NCBI GenBank assembly: GCA_049517435.1 | Contig: JBEKRZ010000014.1 | Coordinates: 7,443-71,442, forward strand | Length of the DNA stretch: 64,000 bases | Direction: 5' to 3' | Source: Smithella sp. | GTDB lineage: Bacteria > Desulfobacterota > Syntrophia > Syntrophales > Smithellaceae | Shown here: positions 47,861-57,704 of the stretch, piece after piece | Layout of the letters: every line of letters begins with the position of its first letter | Position numbering within the stretch: the first letter of the stretch is position 1 | Notes under the pieces: model-generated | Seen by the model: the letters and a program-made list of their open reading frames with translations, nothing else | Database searches by the model: none | Told to the model about the DNA's origin: nothing | Position numbers and translations under genes: made by a program

Positions 47861-50023
47861 ATGACCATTTCTCTTCTCGCCATTGGGCTGATTTCAATTC
47901 TGGGACAGGTTGTCCTGCTTCGGGAATTGAATGTTTCCTTCTACGGAGTAGAATTAATTTACATCCTGTCCCTGGGAATATGGTTATTCTGGACTGCCGC
48001 AGGTGCAGTCATCGGACGCCGAGTTCGTTTCCCATCGTTTACCCACATTGCGGTACTTTTTATCATCTTCGGAATCGCCATTCCTCTGGATATTGTGTTC
48101 ATCCGTTCCAGCCGTCTGATCTTTGGCGGTGTACCCGGCGCATACCTTACCTTTTTTCAGCAATTAATTGTTGTCGTCATTTCCATCCTTCCCGCGGGGT
48201 TGTTGTCCGGCCTTTTATTCCAGTGGACTGCAAAGGCATACGTGACAAAAGGCAGGACGCTGGCTGTAGCCTATGCTATTGAAAGCGCAGGCGGCTTAAT
48301 CGGCGGATTGTTTTCCACCCTTTTTATGATGTGGGGACTTCGGAATTGCTCTATAGCGTTTGTTTGCGCTCTTGTCTCAGTCATAACACCCTTAATCGTT
48401 TTAAGGGGATTAAAGACATCGCTTCTCCGCTGGACGGCAACTATCTTAGCTTGTATCTTTCTGGTGCTCATGTGGAAGACATCTTATCTGGATCGCCAGA
48501 TGACCATATGGAATCACCCGAATCTTTTGGAAAGCAGTGATTCTCCATATGGCAGAATTACCGTGACACGGCTGTACAATCAGATATCCGTTTTTGAAAA
48601 TGACGCCCTGTCATTTGAAACTGAGGGAACCGAAGCCGAGTACTTCTGCCACTTAGCGGCACTCCAGCACCAAAATCCTCGAGACGTGCTGATTCTGGGG
48701 GGTGGAATTGAAGGGATCGTCAGAGAAATGGAGAAGTACGGGCCGCGGCGAATTGATTATGTCGAACTCAACCCCGTCATGCTGAACCTGGTGACACGAC
48801 ATCTTCCTGATGACATCAGAAAGTCGCTTGGGAAACCGAACGTACATATTATATTTGCCGACCCCCGGCAGTATCTTAAAAAGAGCGGCATGTACGATCT
48901 CATTTTGGTCGGCATGCCGGAACCGGCATCGGGACAGGCAAACCGCTTCTACACGCAGGAGTTTTTCCAACAATGTTCCGCGAAACTGAATCCCAGGGGA
49001 ATTCTGGGCTTCAGGCTCCGCACGGCTGAAAATCTATGGACGATGCCGCTGACCAGACGCAACACAAGTATCTATAACGCTCTGCAATTTGTTTTTCCTG
49101 AAGCGCTGTTTCTCCCGGGAACAACAAATGTTGTGACTGCCTCTCACTCACCGCTGCCTAGAGAGCCGGAAATCATGTCCCGCCGGTTGCAGGACCGAAA
49201 AATAACGACAAAATTAATTTCACCAAATTACATCAATTATCTTTTTACAAACGACAGATTTTTCAAAATCAGAGATTTACTCCAGAGAGAAAAGGCGCTG
49301 CCTAATACCGACATCAGACCGGTTTGTTATCAGTATGCCTTTATAATCTGGTTGTCGAAGTTTTTTCCGCGCATCGCTGTGGTTGATCCATCTTCGATCA
49401 TGGATAAGGGTTTTTTAAAACCGCCTTTATCATTGTTTTTGTGGATCATCCTGCCCATCATCTTTCTCTTAACCCGCTTTCGGCCTACACTGCGCCGTGC
49501 AATGCTAGTCGCCGTAGCAGGATTTATGGGCATGGTTCTGGAAACAATCCTCATCCTTTATTATCAGGTAAAACACGGGGTTCTCTATCAGGACATAGGA
49601 CTGCTGCTGATGAGTTTCATGGCTGGTCTTGCTCTGGGTGCAATGATTATCAACAGAGAGATGGTCAGACCGATCGCCAATAGAATGCTCTTACGGTGGT
49701 ATGGTCTCAGCCTGCTCATCGGATTTTGTTTTTTATGCGCATTTACGGGAATGAGAGTAACAATGAGCATCTCCGGCGGTTTGGTCGAGATTTCATGTCT
49801 CCTGGCAATAGCGGGTTTTTTAGTCGCCGGTATTTTTGCCTACGCCAGCCTTCACGAAATTGAAGACCAGAAAAACGTAATTTCACCGCTATACTCGGCT
49901 GACCTCATCGGCGGATGTCTTGGCTCTTTCATTGCTAGTCTGATCTTAATTCCCTTAGTGGGCATGGATGTCACCACATGGGGAATGCTTCTGCTTGCCG
50001 CATTTTCTATTCTTCTGGTATGA
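47861..50023 (+). CDS. Membrane-fused spermidine synthase-like (MFS-like TMs + SAM-binding domain) protein
   Basis: N- and C-terminal TM bundles; SPYGRI, VLILGGGIEG, VELNP, DPRQYL, YDLI, NRFYTQEFF. Confidence 0.8.
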   Translation: MTISLLAIGLISILGQVVLLRELNVSFYGVELIYILSLGIWLFWTAAGAVIGRRVRFPSFTHIAVLFIIFGIAIPLDIVFIRSSRLIFGGVPGAYLTFFQQLIVVVISILPAGLLSGLLFQWTAKAYVTKGRTLAVAYAIESAGGLIGGLFSTLFMMWGLRNCSIAFVCALVSVITPLIVLRGLKTSLLRWTATILACIFLVLMWKTSYLDRQMTIWNHPNLLESSDSPYGRITVTRLYNQISVFENDALSFETEGTEAEYFCHLAALQHQNPRDVLILGGGIEGIVREMEKYGPRRIDYVELNPVMLNLVTRHLPDDIRKSLGKPNVHIIFADPRQYLKKSGMYDLILVGMPEPASGQANRFYTQEFFQQCSAKLNPRGILGFRLRTAENLWTMPLTRRNTSIYNALQFVFPEALFLPGTTNVVTASHSPLPREPEIMSRRLQDRKITTKLISPNYINYLFTNDRFFKIRDLLQREKALPNTDIRPVCYQYAFIIWLSKFFPRIAVVDPSSIMDKGFLKPPLSLFLWIILPIIFLLTRFRPTLRRAMLVAVAGFMGMVLETILILYYQVKHGVLYQDIGLLLMSFMAGLALGAMIINREMVRPIANRMLLRWYGLSLLIGFCFLCAFTGMRVTMSISGGLVEISCLLAIAGFLVAGIFAYASLHEIEDQKNVISPLYSADLIGGCLGSFIASLILIPLVGMDVTTWGMLLLAAFSILLV

Positions 50024-50053
50024 GCACCCGCCGGCAGGAGCTGCAGGCTTCAA

Positions 50054-50689
50054 TCAGATCCATTTGAGGATTCCCGCAAATACAATTAAAGCAATAGCGT
50101 TAATGGTGAAAAGAGAACCGATAAAAAGTTTTTGTGCCCGGAGTTGCCAGTCATGCACGTAACAGGCGGCGGCGAAAAAGGGGATATAAACCGTCACAAA
50201 AACCGGGAAAGCGCCCCACCATCCATAGACCCACACGAAAGTCGGCGTCTTAGCCAAGAATATTTCCAGAATGGAGGCAAAACCGGCATTGGCAACTGTA
50301 AAGGCCCAACGGTTATTGATGCCCAGAATTTTCAGCGTGGGGTCTTTGGGCATTAGCTTGCAAACAACTATTCCGGCGATAGCGAACATTAGATTAATTT
50401 CGATTCCGACACCAACCATTATTTCAAAGGCCGTTCCGGCAGGCACCGTCCACAGAGCGTGACCGGAAAAATGCTGGATGAGCGCGTTGACTATTTCCAC
50501 AAACCAGTGGACCATGTAAAGGGCCAGCCCTCCGGCGATAACGCGATAATTGCCCTTTTGGTACTCGTTGGCATAGATGTAAAGGACGATAACAAGGAGA
50601 GGTATGACATACCACTGGAACGTATTGCCGCTCCTTAAAATGTTCAATGCCTGCTGGGTTGCTTCCTGGTTGTTTAAATTCATAGCCAT
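50054..50689 (-). CDS. Hypothetical integral membrane protein
   Basis: About 6 hydrophobic segments; GGAGG RBS. Confidence 0.7.
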   Translation of the reverse strand: MAMNLNNQEATQQALNILRSGNTFQWYVIPLLVIVLYIYANEYQKGNYRVIAGGLALYMVHWFVEIVNALIQHFSGHALWTVPAGTAFEIMVGVGIEINLMFAIAGIVVCKLMPKDPTLKILGINNRWAFTVANAGFASILEIFLAKTPTFVWVYGWWGAFPVFVTVYIPFFAAACYVHDWQLRAQKLFIGSLFTINAIALIVFAGILKWI

Positions 50690-50715
50690 ACCTCCTTTAT
50701 TGTGTTCATATAATT

Positions 50716-50843
50716 CCGCTTTGCGGGATAATTTCCAATAGTCTTCGACTTTCTCTTCAAACTTCGATATGCTCGTTTTCAGAGAGTCTCACTACGACTA
50801 ACGCTTCAAACTTCATTTCATTCGTTTTCAGCTTAGCTCACTA
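50716..50843 (-). repeat. Modular repeat array (locus F)
   Basis: Two TAGTGAG(C/A)...CTGAAAACGA...GAAGTTTGAAG units directly after the stop codon at 50844. Confidence 0.8.
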
Positions 50844-51155
50844 TCAGCGAGCCTCCTTATGCATTCTGGCTGTTTTAATTGCGAGGTCTTTGTCTTTGGT
50901 AAACATCCACCATTGCTGTTGTGTGGTGTGTGGGCCGTTCTCTTTGTCACGGCCCCGGCAATAATACCAGTGACCGAATTGCTCGACGGTAGAAAAGGGA
51001 TGGCTGCCGGTGCAGAGAATACTGCAAGGTCGTATCTCCCTGAAAAAGATCGTTTCGTCCGGCGCTTCGTCATCGGCCAAATCTTCCGGCAATTCGATGT
51101 GCGAAACGTCAATGCCTTCGGCTTCCTTTTCATCCAACCACTTTGAAATATTCAT
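50844..51155 (-). CDS. Small acidic hypothetical protein
   Basis: MNISKWLDEKE...CSILC...GHWYYC; translationally close to the upstream gene. Confidence 0.65.
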   Translation of the reverse strand: MNISKWLDEKEAEGIDVSHIELPEDLADDEAPDETIFFREIRPCSILCTGSHPFSTVEQFGHWYYCRGRDKENGPHTTQQQWWMFTKDKDLAIKTARMHKEAR

Positions 51156-51168
51156 TTCCGCTTCCTTA

Positions 51169-51891
51169 TCATCTAAGGTATCCTTTAAACAAATAATCCA
51201 AATCATCTACCATCCGGCTGTCTATAGAGAAGTTTACGCTGTCGGCAAAAATATCAAGCACGACAACAGCATTGAGATTAGCGTCTTTACCCCCGATAGT
51301 CCTGAGCCTTTTACAAAAGCTTTCGTTAACGACCCTTATATTCTCATACGTCTCAGCAAGTTTCTTCAAATCCCAATCAGGCTGAATGCCACGCTGATAT
51401 AAGAAATACTGAGCCAGTAGATACATCGAAATGGCGCGATATTTAGTTTCCTCTATCGTGGCAAAGGGCAGATGAAAACGCACCATAGGTTTTAACTTTT
51501 CAAGAATAGGGCACCCGCTGGTAACCATATATATACCGATCAGAGAACTAACGCCGTGCTGTAAATTTACTCTCTTAATATATTTTCTTTCTTGCGCGGT
51601 AACAATAACCTCTACCGGTTCGTGAGAAACGAAATTGCTGAAGTAATTTATGATATCTATCATATTCACGGCTATGGGGCAGAATTCGTATTGACGTTCA
51701 TCCAGAATACAATTAGGGCACTTAAAACAGCTGAGTTTTGTCCATTCAGGGCAATCTTTATCTCCTTTTTGTATTAAATTAAAAGTGACTCTGTCTAACT
51801 CAATGTTAAACTCTTTCTCCCTCCCGTTGTTGAATATAAATTTGTAATTGTATGTTATTTTACCTGTAAAACTGCGTCTATCATCATTCAT
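51169..51891 (-). CDS. DUF6901-like Cys-containing protein
   Basis: WTKL..FKCPNC, CPIA, TSGCP, RFHLPFA pattern. Confidence 0.6.
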   Translation of the reverse strand: MNDDRRSFTGKITYNYKFIFNNGREKEFNIELDRVTFNLIQKGDKDCPEWTKLSCFKCPNCILDERQYEFCPIAVNMIDIINYFSNFVSHEPVEVIVTAQERKYIKRVNLQHGVSSLIGIYMVTSGCPILEKLKPMVRFHLPFATIEETKYRAISMYLLAQYFLYQRGIQPDWDLKKLAETYENIRVVNESFCKRLRTIGGKDANLNAVVVLDIFADSVNFSIDSRMVDDLDYLFKGYLR

Positions 51892-52042
51892 ACTTAAGTT
51901 CCCTCCTATGCCTCAACTACTTAGTGAAGCTCCCTCCGGCAGGAGATGGAAGCTTCCCTCAATGCGGAGTTTTCTGAAGGGTGTGGTTTCGATAATGGCA
52001 TTAATCTTACATTGCGTAATGCGCGATTTCCCACCCCATCAA

Positions 52043-53578
52043 CTACTTATTAAGAATCATGGTATAGTTTTTCTCCTGAAATAATTTCAGACAGGCATCT
52101 ACGACATCTGCATCATAAAGGATGCCCTTGTTCTGGGAAATCTCTTCCAGAGCAGGGTCGATTCCCATTGCAGGCCGATAGGGACGGTGGAAAGTGATGG
52201 CCTCCACAACGTCGGAAACGGCCAGAATCCGTGCCTCCAGTAAAATATCATATCCCTTAAGACCCTGAGGATAACCGGATCCGTTCATCCGTTCATGGTG
52301 CTGAAGGACGACATCGGCCACAGGCCAGGGGAATTCGATGTCTTTCAGGATATTATAACCTGACTGGGAGTGTGTTTTAATCAATCCGAATTCCAAATCA
52401 CTTAATTGCGTCGGCTTGCTGAGAATAGCGGAAGGAATGGATATTTTGCCGATATCATGAATGGCGGAAGCAGTGTGAATGAAGTCCTGCCGGTCTGCCG
52501 ATAAGCCCATCTCTGTGGCAATCGATCGGGCCAGATCGGCTACCCGCTGTTGATGGCCTGAAGTATAGGGATCTTTCATTTCTAAGGTCAGGGAGATGGA
52601 TTGGATCGTGGCTCTGAGAGCTTTTCTCAGTTTCTCAAAACTTTGTTGACGTTCCTTCTCCGCCTCCTTGCGTTCGGTGATGTCGCGTAGGGTTCCGGAA
52701 ATACCGCAAGGTCTGCCATCTGGATCGGTAAGTATGCTTGCCATGAGTGATGCGTATGTCTGTGCGCCGTCCTTCTTCTTCATTAAGACTTCATAATCCC
52801 GGAGGAATCCTTTTTGGGATAGCTCTGCTAAAAGTTTTTCCCGGTCTTCTGGTCGGACATAGATATTCGAGGCCGGCTTTCCGATGAGTTCATCAGGAGA
52901 CCATCCCGTAAGCCGATACACAGATGGGGAGAGGACTCGGATGATACCGTTCTCATCTGTCTGATAGTAGACGTCCTCGAATGATTCAAAAATCCGCCGA
53001 TACTTGATTTCGCTTTCGATCAAGGCAGCCTCTGTTATTTTACGTTCGGTGATGTCCGTTACGGAAATCAAAGCTGTGGGTTTATCTTCATATTGGATGC
53101 GGTTTCCGTTCAGGTTGACCCATTTTTCCACGCCGTTTTTTGTAATTATTTTGAATTCGTAAGCACGCGGCATCACCTTTCCCTGTTGACGATTGTAACC
53201 GCTTTGTTTTACCATCTCTCTGTAATCCGGGTGCACAATATCCCAAAAGTGCATGCCGCAGAGCTCTTTTTCCGTGTAACCGGAAATTTCCTCAGCCGCA
53301 CGATTCGCGTAAATCCAATGATCGCCTTGGTGCATCATGATGGCAAAAGAGCTGGATTCTGCCAGCATGCGGAATTTTTCTTCGCTTTTCCGCAGTTCAT
53401 CGTTCACCTGCATGAGTTCCTGGGAACTCAGATCAAAGGCCCTCTCAAGCAGGAGCCTGTCCTCATCATTTTCATGGTAAGCCTTATCCACGGCCTTGAT
53501 GAATTCCTGTAAAACCTCGTGGAAAGGCTTCATATCTTTAAGATAGCGTTTTATCTGTCGTTCGATAAGGCTGTGCAC
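52043..53578 (-). CDS. PAS-PAS-HD-GYP c-di-GMP phosphodiesterase
   Basis: Two PAS/PAC domains; KDPYTSGHQQRV, HDIGK, HHERMNGSGYP. Confidence 0.92.
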   Translation of the reverse strand: MHSLIERQIKRYLKDMKPFHEVLQEFIKAVDKAYHENDEDRLLLERAFDLSSQELMQVNDELRKSEEKFRMLAESSSFAIMMHQGDHWIYANRAAEEISGYTEKELCGMHFWDIVHPDYREMVKQSGYNRQQGKVMPRAYEFKIITKNGVEKWVNLNGNRIQYEDKPTALISVTDITERKITEAALIESEIKYRRIFESFEDVYYQTDENGIIRVLSPSVYRLTGWSPDELIGKPASNIYVRPEDREKLLAELSQKGFLRDYEVLMKKKDGAQTYASLMASILTDPDGRPCGISGTLRDITERKEAEKERQQSFEKLRKALRATIQSISLTLEMKDPYTSGHQQRVADLARSIATEMGLSADRQDFIHTASAIHDIGKISIPSAILSKPTQLSDLEFGLIKTHSQSGYNILKDIEFPWPVADVVLQHHERMNGSGYPQGLKGYDILLEARILAVSDVVEAITFHRPYRPAMGIDPALEEISQNKGILYDADVVDACLKLFQEKNYTMILNK

Positions 53579-53582
53579 AAGT

Positions 53583-54707
53583 TTATTCCTCGCTCAAAGC
53601 TGTGATGGTCATAGTCTGGTTGTGCAGTTCGCACGTGCCGCCCTTGGCAAAAGGTGATATTTCGCCATAGGAATAGAAGCCTGTATAGGTGGTGCCTTCT
53701 CCGAGGATGTCGCGAACCCCTTCCACTTCTTCTTCAATACGCTGTTTGAGGATAAGTTTTCTCCCCACACAACTGATGAGAATTGCGAGTTCAGGGCTGA
53801 TGTGTTCCATGGTTTCAGCCGATGTCTTGGCTGCACTCACTGCGCCGTCGATGAGACGCTCAAAGTTGGCCTTCATCAGGCGGGCGTAGGTATTTTCGGG
53901 CATGTTACCCGCAAAGGTCATGCTCTGATCTTTTTCGTTTACCGACAGGAGCGTTCTCACCACAGGCCTGGATGCATCATTTATCCTGAGACTTAAGGGG
54001 AAGAGCAGGCCCGTGGCAGGGAGGCCTTTTGCGTGCTCCCCTAGATATTGCTTGTACAAGGTAAGGGCGGATTTACCGTCAAGTTCATAAAGGATGTTTC
54101 TCTTGGAACGGGTAATAAGCCGCTCCGGTCCGAATGTATCCCATCCACCGAAAGAGCCGTAGCCGACCTTGAGAGTGCTGCCATAGAAACCGATGGCTCC
54201 GACGGCATCCCTTGTCGGTTCGTTGTTAAGCAGAACATAAGTCTCTTGGAATCTGTCACCGTCTCCGGAAAGTCCCCCGGTAAGTGTTGTCCCGAGAGGC
54301 AGGTTTTTTGTGAGTCCCCTCACGAGTTCGGAGCCGTTTATATTGAGACCTTCGGAAAGGACAAAGACATGTTTGAGATTGTCCCCTGCAAGGGATCTCG
54401 CCAGCTCAACCCCTGTCTCGTAACTGTTCTCTTCGCCCGTGGACTTGACCATGGCACCTGCAACCTTGGTTGCTGAAAAAGAAACGGCGGTAACAATCAG
54501 TGAATTATCAAATGCTTGTGTCCCAATGATCTCGCCTGCAGTAGAGCACCCGAAGATACACGCATTTGGGTATGCCGCACGGATCATATTGATGAGACCT
54601 TTTTCTTTGATTCTTTTCGTTGCGCCGAAGAGGAGGACGAGATCCGCCTGTATGCCGAGTTTTCCTTGTAAAAGACCGTCTGTTAAAATATATTGTTCCG
54701 TTTTCAT
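53583..54707 (-). CDS. FIST signal transduction protein (FIST N + FIST C)
   Basis: GCSTAGEI, GGLSGDG, GGWDTFGP, ISCVGRK, GFYSYGEI, LHNQT. Confidence 0.92.
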   Translation of the reverse strand: MKTEQYILTDGLLQGKLGIQADLVLLFGATKRIKEKGLINMIRAAYPNACIFGCSTAGEIIGTQAFDNSLIVTAVSFSATKVAGAMVKSTGEENSYETGVELARSLAGDNLKHVFVLSEGLNINGSELVRGLTKNLPLGTTLTGGLSGDGDRFQETYVLLNNEPTRDAVGAIGFYGSTLKVGYGSFGGWDTFGPERLITRSKRNILYELDGKSALTLYKQYLGEHAKGLPATGLLFPLSLRINDASRPVVRTLLSVNEKDQSMTFAGNMPENTYARLMKANFERLIDGAVSAAKTSAETMEHISPELAILISCVGRKLILKQRIEEEVEGVRDILGEGTTYTGFYSYGEISPFAKGGTCELHNQTMTITALSEE

Positions 54708-55057
54708 AGTTCTTTCTTAAAAAATATTGATAAGATATTCCTTTTTTCCTTTAAGATACTATATGAAAAATGATTTTTTGTGTCAATAGAATAGTGACCA
54801 TAAAACATGAAGTGAAAATGGTTTTCCGTTATACATACCTTCATTTTATTATTGGAGGTGTGAATGATGAATACAATTCTTCCAGAATTTATGAACCATC
54901 TAATCGTAACTTAATGAAAAATTATGGCATCCTGAAAAAAATATTTCCAGTCGATAAATAATTTTTTATTGCTTATTCTTATTGTTTTATATACTTTATA
55001 TCATCGTCTAACTAAAACGTTAGGGCAGTAGTGAAAGGAAATAAAATTTAAAATGCA

Positions 55058-57484
55058 TTGCCAGGGATGTCCATGAAGAAGTCGATCGATCACATAACTC
55101 AAGCCCGCCTCCTCGAGGAGTTGCGCATCAAGAGCTCTGCTATTGACTCCGCCGTCAACGGCATCGCTTTTGGGGATCTTGAAGGCCGGGTTACTTATGG
55201 AAATGCCGCCGCTATTGCCCTTACAGGATATACACTGGAGGAGGTTCTCGGCTGGTCCATATTGACATTTGCCGATAACCAGGAAGAGGCGGCTTTCATT
55301 TTAGCCCACGTCCTTGAAAAGGGCAGTTGGATTGGCGAGGTGGCCGGGCGGAAGAAGGATGGTTCGCGCATTGTTGTCCATCTGTCGGCAAGTCTTGTCC
55401 GAGATGACGATGGCAATCCTATCTGTACTTTGTGTTCCTTCGTGGATATAACGCGTGCCCGGCAGGCGTTCGAGGAACTGCGTCTCAAGGATCAAGCCAT
55501 TGCCTCGTCCATTAACGGCATCGTTTTTGGGGATCTTGAAGGCCGGGTGACCTATGCAAATGCCGCCGCTTTTGAACTTACAGGCTATACGCTGGAGGAG
55601 GTTCTCGGTTGGTCTATATTGACATTTGCCGATAACCAGGAAGAGGCGGCTTTCATTTTAGCCCACGTCCTCGAAAAGGGCAGTTGGATTGGCGAGGTGG
55701 CCGGGCGGAAAAAGGACGGCTCGCGCGTTGTTGTTCACTTGTCGGCAAGTCTTGTCCGAGATGACGATGGCAATCCTATCTGTACTTTGTGTTCCTTCGT
55801 GGATATAACGCGTGCCCGGCAGGCGTTCGAGGAGTTGCGCATCAAGAGCACTGCTATTGACTCCGCCGTCAACGGCATCGCTTTCGGGGATATTGAAGGC
55901 CGGGTGACCTATGCAAATGCCGCCGCCCTTGACCTTACAGGCTATACGCTGGAGGAGGTCCTCGGCTGGTCCGTGTTGGCATTCGCCGATGACCAGGAAG
56001 AGGCTGCCCATCTCTTCGCCGAGTTCATGGAAAAGGGTAGCTGGAGCGGCGAGGTGGCCGGGCGGAAGAAGGACGGCTCGCGAGTTGTTGCTCATTTGTC
56101 GGCAAGCCAGGTCCATGACGAGGACGGCAAGCCCGTGGGTACTTTGTGCTCTTTCATCGACATCACCCGTTCCAGACAGGCGTTTGAGGAGTTGCGCATC
56201 AAGAGCTCTGCTATTGACTCCGCCATTAACGGCATCATTTTCGGGGATCTTGAAGGCCGGGTGACTTACGGAAATGCCGCCGCCATTGCCCTTACAGGCT
56301 ATACGCTGGAGGAGGTTCTCGGTTGGTCTGTGTTGACATTTGCCGATAACCAGGAAGAGGCGGCTCTCATTTTAGCCCACGTCCTCGAAAAGGGCAGTTG
56401 GGTCGGCGAGGTGGCCGGGCGGAAGAAGGATGGTTCGCGCATTGTTGTCCATCTGTCGGCAAGTCTTGTCCGAGATGACGATGGCAAGCCTATCTGTACT
56501 TTGTGTTCCTTCGTGGATATTACCCGTGCCCGGCAGGCGTTCGAGGAACTGCGCCTCAAGGACCACGCCATTGCTTCTTCCATCAACGCCATCGTTTTCG
56601 GCGACCTGGATGCACGCATCACCTATGTGAATGAGGCCTTTCTCCGTCTCTGGGGAGGCGATGACGCTTCTGAGGTCATCGGACGCTCTGTTTTTACCTT
56701 CGCTGAGTCGGAACAGGAGGTCGATCGGATTCTCCAGCATGTCTTCGAGCAGGGCAACTGGCAGGGCGAATTCAAGGGTAAGGCCAAGGATGGACACACC
56801 TTGACGATTCAGATCTCCGCCCACCTCGTAACCGACGAGCAGGACCGGCCGATCTGTTTGATGTGTTCCTTTGTGGACATCACAGAGAAGAACAGGGCGC
56901 AGGAGGCTCTTCGACAGACGTTAGATGAACTCGAACAGCGGGTGGCCGAGCGTACGATAGAGCTTACCAAGGCCAATGAAAAACTCCGCTGGGAGATCGA
57001 GGAGCGCAAACTCGCTGAGAAGAACCTCCGGAAAAAGGAGCGGGAACTCAATCTCAACGCCTTGCACCTGGAGGAAACAAACATTGCGCTGAAGGTCCTG
57101 CTCGAACAGCGGGATAAGGATAAAAACGAGTTGGAGGAGAAGGTTCTGGCCAATGTCCGGGGACTGCTGCTCCCCTGCCTTGAACGCCTTAAGGGCTGCC
57201 ACCTCAACGACCGGCAGAAGGTCTATGCGGATATCCTCGAGACCAATCTCCAGACCATTATTTCGCCCTTTCTTCACAGCATGTCCAGTCGCAGCCTGAA
57301 CTTCACTCCGGCGGAAATCCAGGTGGCCGGTCTGGTGAAGGACGGCAAGACATCCAAGGAAATCGCCTCTTTGATGAATGTTTCCGAGCGGGGCGTCGAA
57401 TTCCACCGCAACAACATCCGCCAGAAACTAGGTCTGACCAACGCCAAGAAGAACCTACGCTCCTACCTCTTGTCGCTATCTTAG
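55058..57484 (+). CDS. 5xPAS + LuxR-type HTH transcriptional regulator
   Basis: Five 119-aa PAS units; C-terminal FTPAEIQVAGLVKDGKTSKEIASLMNVSERGVEFHRNNIRQKLG. Confidence 0.92.
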   Translation: MPGMSMKKSIDHITQARLLEELRIKSSAIDSAVNGIAFGDLEGRVTYGNAAAIALTGYTLEEVLGWSILTFADNQEEAAFILAHVLEKGSWIGEVAGRKKDGSRIVVHLSASLVRDDDGNPICTLCSFVDITRARQAFEELRLKDQAIASSINGIVFGDLEGRVTYANAAAFELTGYTLEEVLGWSILTFADNQEEAAFILAHVLEKGSWIGEVAGRKKDGSRVVVHLSASLVRDDDGNPICTLCSFVDITRARQAFEELRIKSTAIDSAVNGIAFGDIEGRVTYANAAALDLTGYTLEEVLGWSVLAFADDQEEAAHLFAEFMEKGSWSGEVAGRKKDGSRVVAHLSASQVHDEDGKPVGTLCSFIDITRSRQAFEELRIKSSAIDSAINGIIFGDLEGRVTYGNAAAIALTGYTLEEVLGWSVLTFADNQEEAALILAHVLEKGSWVGEVAGRKKDGSRIVVHLSASLVRDDDGKPICTLCSFVDITRARQAFEELRLKDHAIASSINAIVFGDLDARITYVNEAFLRLWGGDDASEVIGRSVFTFAESEQEVDRILQHVFEQGNWQGEFKGKAKDGHTLTIQISAHLVTDEQDRPICLMCSFVDITEKNRAQEALRQTLDELEQRVAERTIELTKANEKLRWEIEERKLAEKNLRKKERELNLNALHLEETNIALKVLLEQRDKDKNELEEKVLANVRGLLLPCLERLKGCHLNDRQKVYADILETNLQTIISPFLHSMSSRSLNFTPAEIQVAGLVKDGKTSKEIASLMNVSERGVEFHRNNIRQKLGLTNAKKNLRSYLLSLS
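55115..56899 (+). repeat. Intragenic 357-bp tandem repeat (5 units)
   Basis: Unit starts (GAG GA(G/A) ...) at 55115, 55472, 55829, 56186, 56543. Confidence 0.9.
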
Positions 57485-57510
57485 CTTACGTCGCGTTGGC
57501 GGCATCAATA

Positions 57511-57704
57511 ATTCCATTTCCAAATCATAGATGATACCGCGGCAGCAGTGAAAATCGAATTAAAGTTACGCCGTGAACTGGAATTCGTTAGTTGAACTGT
57601 CCCACTTAAGTGGGGCTAGGAGGAAGCAACGAGGCGTATTATATATACGCTGAGGAAGCCGACGACGACGCCAACAAAGGGAGCGCTTGATTTGGAAATG
57701 GAAT
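57511..57704. mobile_element. 194-bp element bounded by perfect 17-bp inverted repeats (MITE-like), containing modular-repeat units (locus H)
   Basis: ATTCCATTTCCAAATCA at 57511-57527 and TGATTTGGAAATGGAAT at 57688-57704. Confidence 0.55.
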
